A stretch of DNA of 58,661 nt from NCBI GenBank assembly GCA_038236005.1, contig JBBSTI010000003.1, positions 1 through 58,661 on the forward strand, written 5' to 3'. Position 1 is the stretch's first letter. Each line of letters opens with the position of its first letter. This document shows, one piece after another, positions 9,989 through 21,262 of the stretch. The notes under the pieces were generated by a model that saw nothing but the letters and a program-made list of their open reading frames with translations, was not told the DNA's origin and did no database searches. Both the position numbers and the translations under genes were made by a program. Origin of the DNA: Mycobacteriales bacterium (GTDB taxonomy: Bacteria > Actinomycetota > Actinomycetes > Mycobacteriales > SCTD01).

Positions 9989-10120
9989 GCGCCGCCGCCC
10001 TGTGGGTCGAGAGCCGGCTGCGCCCCTCGCGACGGGGCACCGTCAGGGCCGAGACACCGGGCCTGTCAGACATCCTCGAGCACGTTGACGCGGCTCCCGT
10101 GCGGAGCTGGGCGGGTCGGC

Positions 10121-10242
10121 GTACTTTCCCCTGCTGGGAATCAGCCCACCTGGGGTCGAAGCGTCGCTGAATCGCCGCGCTCCGTGAGAAGTTTCTCTAC
10201 CGTCAGGTTTCGCCGGGAAGTGCCTTTCTAAGGCCCGTCATG
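10121..10242 (+). ncRNA. structured 5'-UTR element, copy 3
   Basis: TACTTT-N5-GCTGGGAATCAGCCCACCTGGGGTCG...CGTCAGGTTTCGCCGGGAAGTGCCTT...AAGG-N6-ATG. Confidence 0.65.
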
Positions 10243-10635
10243 TCCCGTCACGTCCTCCGGGCAGAGAACCGCGACCAAGACGCCGGACCGGCCCGGCCAC
10301 CAAGCGCCAGCTCGCCCGCAGCGGGTCTGTCCGGGTCGTGTCGTACGTGCTTGAGCGCGCGCACCCCGCAGGCCAGCCCCGTGCCGCCGAGAAGCACCGG
10401 GCCTTCGGTCGGTCGGGCGACGTACGCAGGCGCGCCGATCAGCCGCGGCCGGCACCTGGCCGTCGCCGTCCGCGGCGATGTTCCCGCTCCTGCTGGTTTC
10501 GAGGAGCTGTACCTGCGTTTCGACCCGGTCCCGGGCACCGGGATGAGCTGTGCGTGGGCGTTCCCGACCGTGCACAGCACGGTCAACGTGGCTTCGGGCA
10601 GACCGGTCCGGCCACCAGCAAGGCATGGCTGGTGA
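10240..10635 (+). CDS. hypothetical protein starting at element copy 3
   Basis: The ATG is at the conserved position of the element; no recognisable domain. Confidence 0.3.
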   Translation: MSRHVLRAENRDQDAGPARPPSASSPAAGLSGSCRTCLSARTPQASPVPPRSTGPSVGRATYAGAPISRGRHLAVAVRGDVPAPAGFEELYLRFDPVPGTGMSCAWAFPTVHSTVNVASGRPVRPPARHGW

Positions 10636-10994
10636 ACCGGGCGGCCGAGCTGCTGCCTGGCTTCGCGGTCGGGTCCACCCGAGCCCCGACGCGGGCGATC
10701 GCTACAGCCGGGAGATGCGGGCCAGGTTCGGGCGTCACCATCGACAGCTGGGCGCCTTCTCCAGACTGATGGACCGACCACGAGTGGTCGAGGTGGCCGT
10801 GCGTGCCTGCGGAAACGACGAACGCCTTCTGCGACGTTTCCTGTCAGTCGGCCTCGGTGACGGCACCGTCGGCGTCGGCGACCTGGCCCGCTTTGCCGCC
10901 GCCATCCGTCCCCGGGTCAGGTGTCCCGGTGATGCGCCCGATCGAGCGCAGCTCCGTCCCCACGATCTCCACGTCGATGAGTCGGGTCGTCACC

Positions 10995-11010
10995 AGGGTC
11001 TTTGGTCCCT
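10995..11010. promoter_or_regulatory. DosR/DevR-like box
   Basis: AGGGTCTTTGGTCCCT, about 145 bp upstream of the ABC ATPase start. Confidence 0.5.
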
Positions 11011-11155
11011 TCGATGCGAGGCCATCGCCTCTGACCCCTCGTCGCCGTCCGAGGCACTGTGGCAGGAATCCGTGTGGAGCCGAATCATCGCCAGATGCTT
11101 GCGGGGCGTACCCAGCGAACAGGAGCTCGGCCATGAACCCGACCGGCAGGCGAGG

Positions 11156-11845
11156 ATGACCGCCCTGGTGACCACGGCCGTCACGACGGCGCCGGCCGAC
11201 GACGGTGCAAGCCAGCCGGTGCTGCAGGCGTCGGCCATCACCAAGGCCTATCGACGCGGCATCTGGCCACGACGCCGCACCGACCAGATCCTGACCGGCG
11301 CGGACCTCACCCTTCACCCCGGCGAGGTGGTCGGGCTGGTCGGGGAGAACGGCTCGGGCAAGTCCACCCTGATGAAGATCCTGGTCGGTGCCCTCGCCGC
11401 CGACGCAGGCACCGTCACCTACGGGGGCCGGCTGGGCTATTGCCCGCAGGAACCCTTGGTGTATCCGAGGCTGACGTGCAACGAGCACTTCGACCTGTTC
11501 GGCCGCGCCTACGCCATGACCGACGGGGCGACGGCCCAGTCTCGGCAGGAGATCTACGAGGCGCTCGGTTTCGACCGCTACGCCAACACCCGGGCCGATC
11601 AGCTCTCCGGCGGCACCCTGGCCAAGCTCAACCTCGGCCTGGCTCTGCTGCCGGACCCCGACCTGCTCCTGCTCGACGAACCCTCGGCCGGTTTCGACTG
11701 GGACACGTACCTCAAGTTCTGGGACCTGGTCGCGCAACGGCGCACGGCCGGCCGAGCGGTGCTGATCATCAGCCATTTCGTGGTCGACGAAGAGCGTTTC
11801 GACCGCATCGTGGCGGTGCGGCACGGCAAGACCGGACCGAAGTGA
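11156..11845 (+). CDS. ABC transporter ATP-binding protein
   Basis: GENGSGKS, LSGG, LLLLDEP and SH motifs; the start is uncertain. Confidence 0.9.
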   Translation: MTALVTTAVTTAPADDGASQPVLQASAITKAYRRGIWPRRRTDQILTGADLTLHPGEVVGLVGENGSGKSTLMKILVGALAADAGTVTYGGRLGYCPQEPLVYPRLTCNEHFDLFGRAYAMTDGATAQSRQEIYEALGFDRYANTRADQLSGGTLAKLNLGLALLPDPDLLLLDEPSAGFDWDTYLKFWDLVAQRRTAGRAVLIISHFVVDEERFDRIVAVRHGKTGPK

Positions 11846-13404
11846 CGACCCTGGTGCTGGTCCGCCGCTTCCTCACCGACTACGTCCGCAACCCGGTCAA
11901 CCTGCTCCTGCTGGGCCTGGTCCCCACCCTGTTCGTCGTCGTCGCGGGTGGTTCGCTGTCGGATTTCGCGGAGCTGCTCGGCGGTCCGTCCGGGTCCTCG
12001 GTGGAGACCGCAACCGCCGGCTGGGCCGCCGGGTTCCTGGCCGGCGTCGCGATGTACTTCCAGACCGCGGCCACACGTGACACCGATCGCAGACTGGTCA
12101 TCGCCGGCATCCCCGCCGCGCGCCTGGCCATGGCCCGGCTGCTCACCGGCGCGTGCCTGGCCCTGCTGGCTGCCACCACGGCCTTGATCGCTCTCGCCGC
12201 CCGCACCGGGATCGACTCGCCCGGGCGAGCCGTGGCCGGCACGCTGATGTTCGCCGTCATCTACGTGGCCATCGGGGCCGTGGTCGGATCGCTCGTCAGC
12301 TCACCGGTCAACGGCACCGTGATCGTCCTGTTCGTGTGGATGGTCGACGTGTTCTTCGGTCCCGCCATGGGCGCTGCCGACCGGCTCGCCACACGTGGGC
12401 TGCCCACGCACTTCGTCACCCTGTGGATGGTCGACCTGCCCTCCGGCCACGGCGGCCGGATCAGCGACCTGGGCTGGGCGCTGCTCACGACCGCCGTCGC
12501 GGCCGTCGTGGCCTGGGCCCTGGCCGCTGCGCGCAGCCGCACCGCGCACCGTAAGGTTCGTCGCGCCGTCCCCGGCTCCTGGGTCGAACAGGTCGGTGGC
12601 GCGTGGCGGGTCGCCTGGGAAGACGCCCGTCGCAACCCCGCCCTGTGGGTGCTGCTCGTTGTCGTCCCGGTGGTCTTCATCCTCGGCGCGACCGCGGTCA
12701 CCCCGAACGAACCCATCACCTTCTTCCTCACCGGGCCAGGTGGTCTGGTTGCCCATACTTTTCCGATGCCCGACGTGCACGCCGCGACGATGGCACCGAT
12801 CGCGATCGGCTCCCTGGCCGCACTGACCGGCCTGTTCACCGTGCTCGACAGCCGCGAGGGTGACCGTCGCGCCGCCCTCGCGGGGCTACGGCCCACCGCC
12901 CTGCTGAGCGCACGCCTCGGCGTGCTGGCACTGTTCATCCTTGGCGTCACCGCCGTCTCCCTGGCCACCACCGCCCTGGTCCTCGACGTCGAGAGCTGGC
13001 CGACCTACGCCGCAGCCAATCTGCTCATCGGCATCACCTACGGCCTGATCGGTGCGCTGCTCGCCCCGGTCTTCGGACGGGTCGGTGGCGTGTTCGTCGC
13101 TTTCCTGCTGCCGTTCCTGGAGCTGGGCATCGTGCAGAGCCCTCTGCTGCACGCCACGCCCACCGGGAGCTCGGTGTTCCTGCCCGGCTACGGGGGTTCC
13201 CGCGTCCTGCTGGACGGCGCGCTGCTGGACACCTTCGACGACTGGCTGCCGCTGCTCATCGGCCTGGCCTGGCTCGTGGTTCTCACAGTGGCCGTCACCG
13301 TGGCCTACCGGCACACCACCCGACCGTCGAGCACCCCACCGGCGACGGCCGTCTTGGTCCCGGCGGCCAGGCCCGTCGGTCACCGGGAGCACGCATCGCA
13401 CTGA
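11842..13404 (+). CDS. ABC-2 type permease with two fused halves
   Basis: GTGA overlap; about 12 TM helices with an internal duplication (RNP..L..L; D.R....G). Confidence 0.85.
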   Translation: MTTLVLVRRFLTDYVRNPVNLLLLGLVPTLFVVVAGGSLSDFAELLGGPSGSSVETATAGWAAGFLAGVAMYFQTAATRDTDRRLVIAGIPAARLAMARLLTGACLALLAATTALIALAARTGIDSPGRAVAGTLMFAVIYVAIGAVVGSLVSSPVNGTVIVLFVWMVDVFFGPAMGAADRLATRGLPTHFVTLWMVDLPSGHGGRISDLGWALLTTAVAAVVAWALAAARSRTAHRKVRRAVPGSWVEQVGGAWRVAWEDARRNPALWVLLVVVPVVFILGATAVTPNEPITFFLTGPGGLVAHTFPMPDVHAATMAPIAIGSLAALTGLFTVLDSREGDRRAALAGLRPTALLSARLGVLALFILGVTAVSLATTALVLDVESWPTYAAANLLIGITYGLIGALLAPVFGRVGGVFVAFLLPFLELGIVQSPLLHATPTGSSVFLPGYGGSRVLLDGALLDTFDDWLPLLIGLAWLVVLTVAVTVAYRHTTRPSSTPPATAVLVPAARPVGHREHASH

Positions 13405-13985
13405 CCCGGCGCACCCGATGGGTCGCGCTCCTGGACGCAGCGGATCGCGCGGGTGGGCTGGTCCGGCATGGTGAGCGGCCCTTCCTGCAGGCCAGCCTGG
13501 CTGACCGCCGTGCTGCCCTCAGCTCGCGTGACGCGCTCGAACGGCTCGACCGTGTCGGAGGTGTACGTTCAGCAGTGCTGATCGAATCAGCCAGTCGGGG
13601 AAGGGTTCGGCCGTCCGCCGCCGCACCCCAGGAGCAGCATCTGCTCTGTGTCCCTCACCTCGGGCACACACGGTCATGTGGGGTACCCATGACGACGCCG
13701 GGGCAGGCTGGTCCACCGGCAACCGAGCTGCGGGGAGCGATCCGCCCCGCACGTGGCCAGCGGCCAGCCGGGCAGGACGCGGCAGCGTGCCTGCGATGTT
13801 CGGCCTGTCCACCGGATCCGGGTGCCGGGTGAGCGAGCGCCTGGACGAGAGCGGGCCCCGCGCACGCGTCGGTCGCACGGTGGACATGGAGGCACCATCA
13901 GCCCCTCCTGGCCGCGACCGCCTCGGGCGTGGCGCGCCAGCGCTCCGGCCGTCGCGGAAGAGGCCTCGTGACACCCACCCCTGAC

Positions 13986-14033
13986 CCGACGCCGACCGAC
14001 ACCGACGCTGACCGACACCGACACCGACACCGA
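13986..14033 (+). repeat. CCGAC(A) simple tandem repeat upstream of phosphoketolase
   Basis: ccgacgccgaccgacaccgacgctgaccgacaccgacaccgacaccga. Confidence 0.7.
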
Positions 14034-14062
14034 ATCGCCACCTATCCCCGGCTGGAGCTGGC

Positions 14063-16495
14063 ATGACCCTTCCCGACGCGAGCGCATCGACCGCACCTGA
14101 CGCGACGAGCACGACACACCCGTTGTCTGACGAGGAGCTGGATCGACTGCATGCCTACTGGCGGGCGGCCAACTACGTGTCCGTCGGCCAGATCTACCTG
14201 CTGGACAACCCGTTGCTGCGCGAACCGCTGCGTCTGGAGCACGTCAAGCCCCGGCTGCTGGGCCACTGGGGCACGACGCCGGGGCTGAACCTGATCTATG
14301 CCCACCTGAACCGGGTGATCGTCGGGCGGGGTCTGGATGCGATGTATGTCATCGGGCCTGGGCACGGTGGACCGGGAATCGTGGCGAACGCCTATCTGGA
14401 GGGCACCTACACCGAGGTCTACCCGGAGATCAGCCGCGACGAGGCCGGGCTGCGCCGACTGTTCCGGCAGTTCTCCTTCCCCGGCGGAATCCCCAGCCAC
14501 GTCGCTCCGGAGACCCCCGGGTCGATCCACGAGGGCGGTGAGCTGGGCTACGCCCTCGCCCACGCCTACGGCGCCGCGTTCGACAACCCGGACCTGCTGG
14601 TGGCCTGCGTCGTCGGTGACGGAGAGGCCGAGACCGGACCGCTGGCCGCGAGCTGGCACTCCAACAAGTTTCTCGACCCGGTGCACGACGGCGCAGTCCT
14701 GCCGATCCTGCACCTGAACGGCTACAAGATCGCCAACCCCACCGTGCTCGCGCGGATCCCCGAGTCGGAGCTGATGTCGCTGCTGGAGGGCTACGGCCAC
14801 CGGCCGTATGTGGTGCGCGGAGACGACCCCGAGCAGGTCCACCAGGCGCTCGCCGCGGCGCTGGACGCCGCGACCTGCGAGATCGACCGCATCCAGCGCG
14901 CAGCCCGTCAGGACGGTGAGCAGCAACGGCCTCGCTGGCCGATGATCGTGCTGGCCACCCCCAAGGGCTGGACCGGCCCCAAGGAGGTCGACGGGCTCCC
15001 GACGGAGGGCACCTGGCGCTCGCACCAGGTGCCCTTGTCGAACCTGGCAGCAAACCCTGAGCACCTGCGCCAGCTCGAGGACTGGCTGCGCAGCTATCGG
15101 CCCGAGGAGCTGTTCGACGACGCCGGGGGCCTGGTCGCGGAGCTGGCCGCGCTCCCGCCGACCGGGACGGCCCGGATGAGCGCCAACCCGCACACCAACG
15201 GGGGAGCGTTGCTGCAGCCGCTAGATCTGCCGAGCTTTGCGGACTACGCCGTGACGGTCGACGCGCCGGCCACGGTGCAGCACGAGGCGACTCGGGTGCT
15301 GGGGACCTTCCTGCGCGACGTGATCCGGGACAACCCGCACAACTTCCGGCTGGTGGGACCCGACGAGACGCTCAGCAACCGGCTGGGAGCGGTCTTCGAG
15401 CAGACCGAAAGGGTGTGGCAGGCAGAGTCGCTGCCCACCGACGAGCACCTGGCCAGAGCGGGGCGGGTGATGGAGGTCCTCTCCGAGCACCTGTGCCAGG
15501 GTTGGTTGGAGGGCTATCTGCTGACCGGCCGGCACGGATTCTTCTCCTGCTACGAGGCGTTCGTCCACATCGTCGACTCGATGGTCAACCAGCATGCGAA
15601 GTGGCTCAAGGTCACCAACGGCATTGCCTGGCGTCAACCGATCGCGTCGCTGAACTACCTGCTCACGTCGCACGTGTGGCGTCAGGACCACAACGGCTTC
15701 TCCCACCAGGATCCCGGTTTCATCGATCATCTGGTCAACAAGAAGGCCGAGATCGTGCGGGTCTATCTGCCGCCGGACGCGAACACCCTGCTCTCGGTGG
15801 CTGACCACTGCTTGCGCAGCCGGCAGTACGTCAACCTGATCGTCGCCGGCAAGCAGCCGGCTCTGTCCTACCTGACCATGGAGGAGGCGGTGACCCACTG
15901 CACCCGCGGCCTGGGGATCTGGGCGTGGGCGAGCAACGACCAGGCTGACACCGGTGCCGGGCTGCCTGACGTCGTGCTGGCCTGCGCGGGAGACGTGCCG
16001 ACCCTGGAGACGCTCGCGGCGACCGCTCTGCTCCGCGAGCACCTGCCGGCGCTGCGGGTGCGGGTCGTCAACGTCGTGGACCTGATGCGGCTCGAGCCCG
16101 ACACCGAGCACCCGCACGGCCTGCCGGACACCGAGTTCGACGCGCTGTTCACCGCCGACCGTCCGGTCATCTTCGCCTACCACGGCTACCCGAGCCTCAT
16201 CCACCGGCTCACCTACCGACGCAACAACCATGCCAACATCCACGTCCGCGGCTACAAGGAGGAGGGGACCACCACCACGCCGTTCGACATCGTCATGCTC
16301 AACGACCTGGACCGTTTCCACCTGGTCATCGACGTCATCGACCGGGTCCCCGGGCTCGGCGCGGCGGCTGCTGAGCTGCGGCAGCGCATGGTCGATGCGC
16401 GGTTGCGGGCCCGCGTCTACACCCGGGCGCACGGCGAGGACGACCCGGCGATCCGCGACTGGACCTGGCCCTACCGCGATGAGCCCGCGGCATGA
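14063..16495 (+). CDS. xfp: phosphoketolase (Xfp family)
   Basis: [24 protein letters not shown] and [14 protein letters not shown] motifs. Confidence 0.96.
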   Translation: MTLPDASASTAPDATSTTHPLSDEELDRLHAYWRAANYVSVGQIYLLDNPLLREPLRLEHVKPRLLGHWGTTPGLNLIYAHLNRVIVGRGLDAMYVIGPGHGGPGIVANAYLEGTYTEVYPEISRDEAGLRRLFRQFSFPGGIPSHVAPETPGSIHEGGELGYALAHAYGAAFDNPDLLVACVVGDGEAETGPLAASWHSNKFLDPVHDGAVLPILHLNGYKIANPTVLARIPESELMSLLEGYGHRPYVVRGDDPEQVHQALAAALDAATCEIDRIQRAARQDGEQQRPRWPMIVLATPKGWTGPKEVDGLPTEGTWRSHQVPLSNLAANPEHLRQLEDWLRSYRPEELFDDAGGLVAELAALPPTGTARMSANPHTNGGALLQPLDLPSFADYAVTVDAPATVQHEATRVLGTFLRDVIRDNPHNFRLVGPDETLSNRLGAVFEQTERVWQAESLPTDEHLARAGRVMEVLSEHLCQGWLEGYLLTGRHGFFSCYEAFVHIVDSMVNQHAKWLKVTNGIAWRQPIASLNYLLTSHVWRQDHNGFSHQDPGFIDHLVNKKAEIVRVYLPPDANTLLSVADHCLRSRQYVNLIVAGKQPALSYLTMEEAVTHCTRGLGIWAWASNDQADTGAGLPDVVLACAGDVPTLETLAATALLREHLPALRVRVVNVVDLMRLEPDTEHPHGLPDTEFDALFTADRPVIFAYHGYPSLIHRLTYRRNNHANIHVRGYKEEGTTTTPFDIVMLNDLDRFHLVIDVIDRVPGLGAAAAELRQRMVDARLRARVYTRAHGEDDPAIRDWTWPYRDEPAA

Positions 16496-17400
16496 ACCGG
16501 CGCCCTGCCCTGTCCGAGCTCGGGCTCTCGACGGGCAAGAAGACCCGGCTGCGCCGCATCCTGCACCATCACGGGCTGGGCAACGGCACCGCGATGTTCT
16601 TGCCGTACGACCAGGGCCTGGAGCACGGCCCCCGGGACTTCTTCGCCCATCCAGCCGCCGGCGACCCGTCCTACGTCGTGCGCCTGGCCGTGCAGGGTGG
16701 CTTCAACGGGGTGGCGCTGCAGGTCGGCAACGCCGAGAAGTTCTACGGCGACGTCGCCGGTGAGGTGCCGCTCATCCTCAAGCTCAACGGGCGCACCGAG
16801 CTGCCCTCGGCCGACGCCCCGTTCTCCCCGCTGAACGCCTCGGTCCGCGACGCGGTCCGGTTGGGCGCCGACGCGGTCGGTTACACGCTGTACGTCGGGT
16901 CCGCCCGTCAGGCCGAGGACCTCGCCCAGTTCCGGACCGTCCGGGAGGACGCCGAGGCGCACGGGATGCCGATCATCGTCTGGGCCTACCCCCGCGGCAG
17001 CGCGGTCCAGAACGCCGGTGGCCAGGACAGCTTCTACTCGATCGACTACGCCGCCCGCACCGCGGCCGAGCTCGGCGCCGACATCGTCAAGGTCAACTTT
17101 CCCGACCCGACCGCCACCCAGGGGGTGCCGGCCCCCTACGAACGTCCGTACAGCGTCCCCCAGGCGGTTGCGGCGGTGGTCGCGTCGGCCGGACGTGCCC
17201 AGGTGGTGTTCTCCGGAGGGACCAGGGCGGATGACGAGACGGTGCTGTCGCGCACCCGCGCGGCGATGGACGCCGGCGCGATCGGCGTGATCTACGGCCG
17301 CAACGTCTGGCAACGCGACCATGACGAGTCCCTGCGGTTCAGCAGCAAGATCGCGGACATCCTCGCCCGCTACCCGAGCCCCGGCCCTACCGCAGCGTGA
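16492..17400 (+). CDS. class I fructose-bisphosphate aldolase (DhnA/FbaB type)
   Basis: [25 protein letters not shown] (Schiff-base Lys) and GRNVWQ motifs. Confidence 0.9.
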   Translation: MNRRPALSELGLSTGKKTRLRRILHHHGLGNGTAMFLPYDQGLEHGPRDFFAHPAAGDPSYVVRLAVQGGFNGVALQVGNAEKFYGDVAGEVPLILKLNGRTELPSADAPFSPLNASVRDAVRLGADAVGYTLYVGSARQAEDLAQFRTVREDAEAHGMPIIVWAYPRGSAVQNAGGQDSFYSIDYAARTAAELGADIVKVNFPDPTATQGVPAPYERPYSVPQAVAAVVASAGRAQVVFSGGTRADDETVLSRTRAAMDAGAIGVIYGRNVWQRDHDESLRFSSKIADILARYPSPGPTAA

Positions 17401-20400
17401 CCGGCGGGGGAATGCCGGTCACCGGGCCGCTCCTGCGGGGCTACGAGGCGGTCATCTTCGCCCTGGACGGCGTGGTCATGCGCAATGAATCGCGGCACGC
17501 CGCGGCGCGGCAGCAGACGCTCGGCGAGGTGCAGCCGCCAGACCGCCGGCTGACGCGAACCGGGACCACGGCGTACCCCAGCGCGATCGATCTGCTGCAA
17601 CGGTTGCGCGCCGCGGGCATCGCGACCGCGCTGGTGACCACCAGCCGCGCCGGTGCCGCCGACCTGGACTCCGCGGGCGTGGGCGAGCTGTTCGACGTAC
17701 GCGTGGACGGCCACGAGACGCAGGGCCTCACGCTGCTCGAAGCACCTGACCCCGCCCTGCTCGTCGAGGCCGCCCGCCGACTCTCAGCGGACCCAGCAGG
17801 CTGCGTGGTGGTCGAGGACGCCGAGTCCGGGGTGCGGGCGGCGGTGGCGGGTGGGTTCGGCCTCGTGGTCGGGGTAGACCGGGTCGGCAACCGTGCCGGG
17901 CTGCTCGCCGCCGGCGCCCAGGTCGTCGTGGAGGATCTCGGGGCGTTGCACACGGACCGCCCGGTCCTCGACTCGGCCGCCCGATGGTGCGGCGGCGCAG
18001 CTCGCGAGGCAGACGACGCCTGGTTGCTCGGGTACGACGAGTTCGACCCGGCGCAGGAGGGAACCCGGGAAGCCTTGTGCACCCTGAGCAACGGCTACCT
18101 GGGGACGCGCGGCGCCGCGCCGGGCAGCTCCGCCGACGGCATCCACTACCCCGGCACCTACCTGGCGGGCGTCTACAACCGGCTGCACAGCGACATCGGT
18201 GGCCGCAGCGTCGAGACCGAGCACCTGGTCAACGCTCCTGACTGGGCCGCGCTCAGCCTGGGCCAGCCTGGCGCGCCGCCCTACCTGCCCGGCTCGACGC
18301 AGCTGATCAGCTTCACCCAGCAGCTGGACCTGCGCCGCGCGGTCCTGACCCGCGTCTGCCGCTACCGCGACGAGGCCGGTCGCACCACCAGGGTGAGCAC
18401 ACGCTCCCTGGTGCACCTGACGCGCCAGCACCTGGCCCTGCTGGAGACCACGGTCGAGGCCGAAGACTGGTCCGGACCGTTGCTGGTGCGTTCCGGCGTC
18501 GACGGACGGGTGTCCAACGGCAACGTCACCGACGACCGGCTGCTGAACGGCAATCATCTTCGGCCGGTCAGTGCCCGACAGACCGGTCCGGAGACCGTGC
18601 TGCTGGAGGTGGTCACCAGCCAGTCGCAGGTGCATCTCGCCTTGGCCTCCCGCACCAGCCTGCGGGACGGCGGCGGCGTCGTCTTGGACGCACGAGCCCA
18701 GGACCCCGCGGGGACGAAGAATATCCGCGCGCCGCGTCGGTTGCTCCTGGAGGAGCCGGGACAGGTGGGCCAGGAGTTCACGCTGGCCCTGCAGGCCGGG
18801 TGCCCGGTGACGATCGAGAAGCTGGTGGCGGTGACGACCTCCCGCGACCGGGCCCTCTCGACCGCGGCGCTGTCCGCGGTCGCTCTGGTGGAGGGTGCCC
18901 CCACCGCCGCTGAGCTGGTCCGTTCGCACCAGTCGGCCTGGGAACGGGCGTGGCAGCGGTTCGCGGTCGAGATCCGTGCGGGTCAGCGACAGTCGCTCGC
19001 GCTGAACCTCAACACCTTCCACGTGCTGCAGACGGTGGCGTCGGTCGGGCCGGACTCGGACGCCGGCGTGCCCCCACGAGGCTTGCACGGTGAGGGCTAC
19101 CGAGGACACATCTTCTGGGACGAGATGTTCGTCTATCCGATGGTGACCCTACGGCGACCAGAGCTGACGCGCGCACTGCTGCGCTACCGCTACCGGAGAC
19201 TCGGTGCCGCCAGGTCCGCCGCCACCGACGCCGGGTGGGACGGGGCGATGTTTCCCTGGCAGAGCGGCAGCGAGGGACGCGAGGAGACGCCCGACGAGCT
19301 GTTCAACCCGCGTAGCGAACGCTGGATGGCAGACAACTCCCACCGGCAGCGACACGTCGGACTAGCCATCGCCTACGGAGCCTGGCAGTACTACCAGGCC
19401 ACCGCAGACATCGACTTCCTTCGCGACGAGGGGGCTGAGCTGATGGTCGAGATCACCCGGTTCTTCGCGAGCCTGGCCACCTATGACGCGACCGACGACC
19501 GCTTCGACATCACCGGGGTGATGGGGCCGGACGAGTTTCACGACGGCAACCCGCAGACCCCCGGCTCGGGACTGCGCAACAACGCCTACACGAACGTCAT
19601 GCTCGCCTGGTCCATCCGACGGACCTTGCAGGTGCTGGATCTGCTGGTGGACGCCGACTGCGGCCCGCTGGAGGACCGGTTGGCGCTGCGGCCCGGCGAA
19701 CGGGAACGCTGGAGCCGGATCCGTCATCGCCTGCGGGTGCCGTTCCATGCCGACGGAGTCATCAGTCAGTTCGAAGGCTACGAGCAGCTGGCGGAGCTCG
19801 ACTGGGTCGGCTACCGAAACAGGTATGGCGACCTCGGACGCCTCGACCTGATCCTGGCCGCCGAGAACGGCAGCACCAACGACTACCGGCTCGCCAAGCA
19901 AGCCGACGCTCTGATGCTGTTCTACCTGTTCTCGGCTGAGGAGCTACGTGAGCTGCTGGCCCCGATGGGCTATCCGCTCCCGGCCGAGTCCATCCTGCGG
20001 ACCGTCGAGTTCTACCTCGCCCGCACCACGCACGGTTCCACCCTGAGCCGGCTCGTGCACTCGTGGGTGCTCGCCCGCAGCGATCGGCACCGTTCCTGGT
20101 CCCTGTTCGCCCGGGCCTTGGACAGCGACCTCGTCGACATCCAGGGCGGCACCACCCGCGAAGGCGTGCACCTCGGTGCCATGGCCGGCACCGTCGACAT
20201 GGTCCTGCGCTGCTATGCCGGTCTGGAGATCCGTGACGACGTGTTGTGGCTGCACCCGGCGCTGCCGCCCGAGCTGCCCCGCACCGCCTTCGAGATCGTC
20301 TACCGAGGCCAACCGATCAACATCGACCTGACCCGGGACCACGTGTCGCTGACGTTGCGCTCCTGCACCGCAGAGCCCATCACCGTGTGCGTCGAAGGTC

Positions 20401-20507
20401 GCACCAGTGTGCTCGCGCCCGGAGAGGTCCACGTGGTCACCCTGACACCGGACCGTCGATCAGGACCGGCCGCGTCCCACCTGCGCACCCCGGCTCCGTC
20501 TCGCTAG
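17397..20507 (+). CDS. beta-phosphoglucomutase-like HAD domain fused to GH65 glycoside phosphorylase/hydrolase
   Basis: VVVEDA HAD motif; GH65 motifs NGYLGTRG, GHIFWDE, GPDEFH, KQAD, HGSTLS and GVHLGAMAG. Confidence 0.9.
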   Translation: MTGGGMPVTGPLLRGYEAVIFALDGVVMRNESRHAAARQQTLGEVQPPDRRLTRTGTTAYPSAIDLLQRLRAAGIATALVTTSRAGAADLDSAGVGELFDVRVDGHETQGLTLLEAPDPALLVEAARRLSADPAGCVVVEDAESGVRAAVAGGFGLVVGVDRVGNRAGLLAAGAQVVVEDLGALHTDRPVLDSAARWCGGAAREADDAWLLGYDEFDPAQEGTREALCTLSNGYLGTRGAAPGSSADGIHYPGTYLAGVYNRLHSDIGGRSVETEHLVNAPDWAALSLGQPGAPPYLPGSTQLISFTQQLDLRRAVLTRVCRYRDEAGRTTRVSTRSLVHLTRQHLALLETTVEAEDWSGPLLVRSGVDGRVSNGNVTDDRLLNGNHLRPVSARQTGPETVLLEVVTSQSQVHLALASRTSLRDGGGVVLDARAQDPAGTKNIRAPRRLLLEEPGQVGQEFTLALQAGCPVTIEKLVAVTTSRDRALSTAALSAVALVEGAPTAAELVRSHQSAWERAWQRFAVEIRAGQRQSLALNLNTFHVLQTVASVGPDSDAGVPPRGLHGEGYRGHIFWDEMFVYPMVTLRRPELTRALLRYRYRRLGAARSAATDAGWDGAMFPWQSGSEGREETPDELFNPRSERWMADNSHRQRHVGLAIAYGAWQYYQATADIDFLRDEGAELMVEITRFFASLATYDATDDRFDITGVMGPDEFHDGNPQTPGSGLRNNAYTNVMLAWSIRRTLQVLDLLVDADCGPLEDRLALRPGERERWSRIRHRLRVPFHADGVISQFEGYEQLAELDWVGYRNRYGDLGRLDLILAAENGSTNDYRLAKQADALMLFYLFSAEELRELLAPMGYPLPAESILRTVEFYLARTTHGSTLSRLVHSWVLARSDRHRSWSLFARALDSDLVDIQGGTTREGVHLGAMAGTVDMVLRCYAGLEIRDDVLWLHPALPPELPRTAFEIVYRGQPINIDLTRDHVSLTLRSCTAEPITVCVEGRTSVLAPGEVHVVTLTPDRRSGPAASHLRTPAPSR

Positions 20508-21175
20508 GCCGCGTCCACTGCTGACGAGCCCTCTCGCCGTCGACAGGCCTGCATCGGACCGCTGAAGTGGACGTAGACCAGAAGGCTCAGGACCGCGGCG
20601 TAGAAGCACCACACCGACACGAAAGTCTTGATCGAGACGACAGCTGCGACGACGGCCAGAACAAAGGCCAGCACCCCGAACACCTTGATGCACCAGTGGC
20701 TCGAGAAGAGCCCGCTGATGCAGGTCGCCGTCAGATATCCGACGAGCACTGCGGCGAGGTAGAAGTGCGGTGAGTCGTACGCGACGCTGTCCCCTCTGAC
20801 CCTCGCGGTCACCGGGAAGCGCACGATGAAGAAGAGCAGGTACAGCCCTACGGACAGCCCGAGGACGACGAAGGCGCTGAGCACCCTTCTCCGCCAGATC
20901 CGAGGCTCCACCAGCAAAATCGCGAAGGGTATGAGGATGGGCCACACCACGTGGGAAAACATGGAGTAGAGGTAGGTCGCCCACGTCTGCAGCACGGGCA
21001 GGTCGCGGCCCAGGCTCACCCATACGGCCCCTTCCGTGATCTGCTGCAGGCCGAAGAGCAGCGGGACCAACGCAAGGGGCAGCTCGCGCGCGCCCCTCGA
21101 CTTTCGCAGGGTGAGCACTCCCACCACGGCGAGGGTCGTGCCGGCCGTGAAGCTGGCGGTCGGCGAGAAACACAT
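20504..21175 (-). CDS. multi-TM membrane protein with MCFS.TASF N-terminus (DUF6629-like)
   Basis: GGAAGGA SD; QQITEG..W and SVWCF.AA motifs; about 7 TM helices. Confidence 0.75.
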   Translation of the reverse strand: MCFSPTASFTAGTTLAVVGVLTLRKSRGARELPLALVPLLFGLQQITEGAVWVSLGRDLPVLQTWATYLYSMFSHVVWPILIPFAILLVEPRIWRRRVLSAFVVLGLSVGLYLLFFIVRFPVTARVRGDSVAYDSPHFYLAAVLVGYLTATCISGLFSSHWCIKVFGVLAFVLAVVAAVVSIKTFVSVWCFYAAVLSLLVYVHFSGPMQACRRREGSSAVDAA

Positions 21176-21262
21176 GTTTCGATTCCTTCCGCAACCGTCA
21201 GCGGGAGCTCAGGTTCAGAGGACCCGGCCGGCCCTTTCTCCTGCACACCTGCTCGGTCGCCC

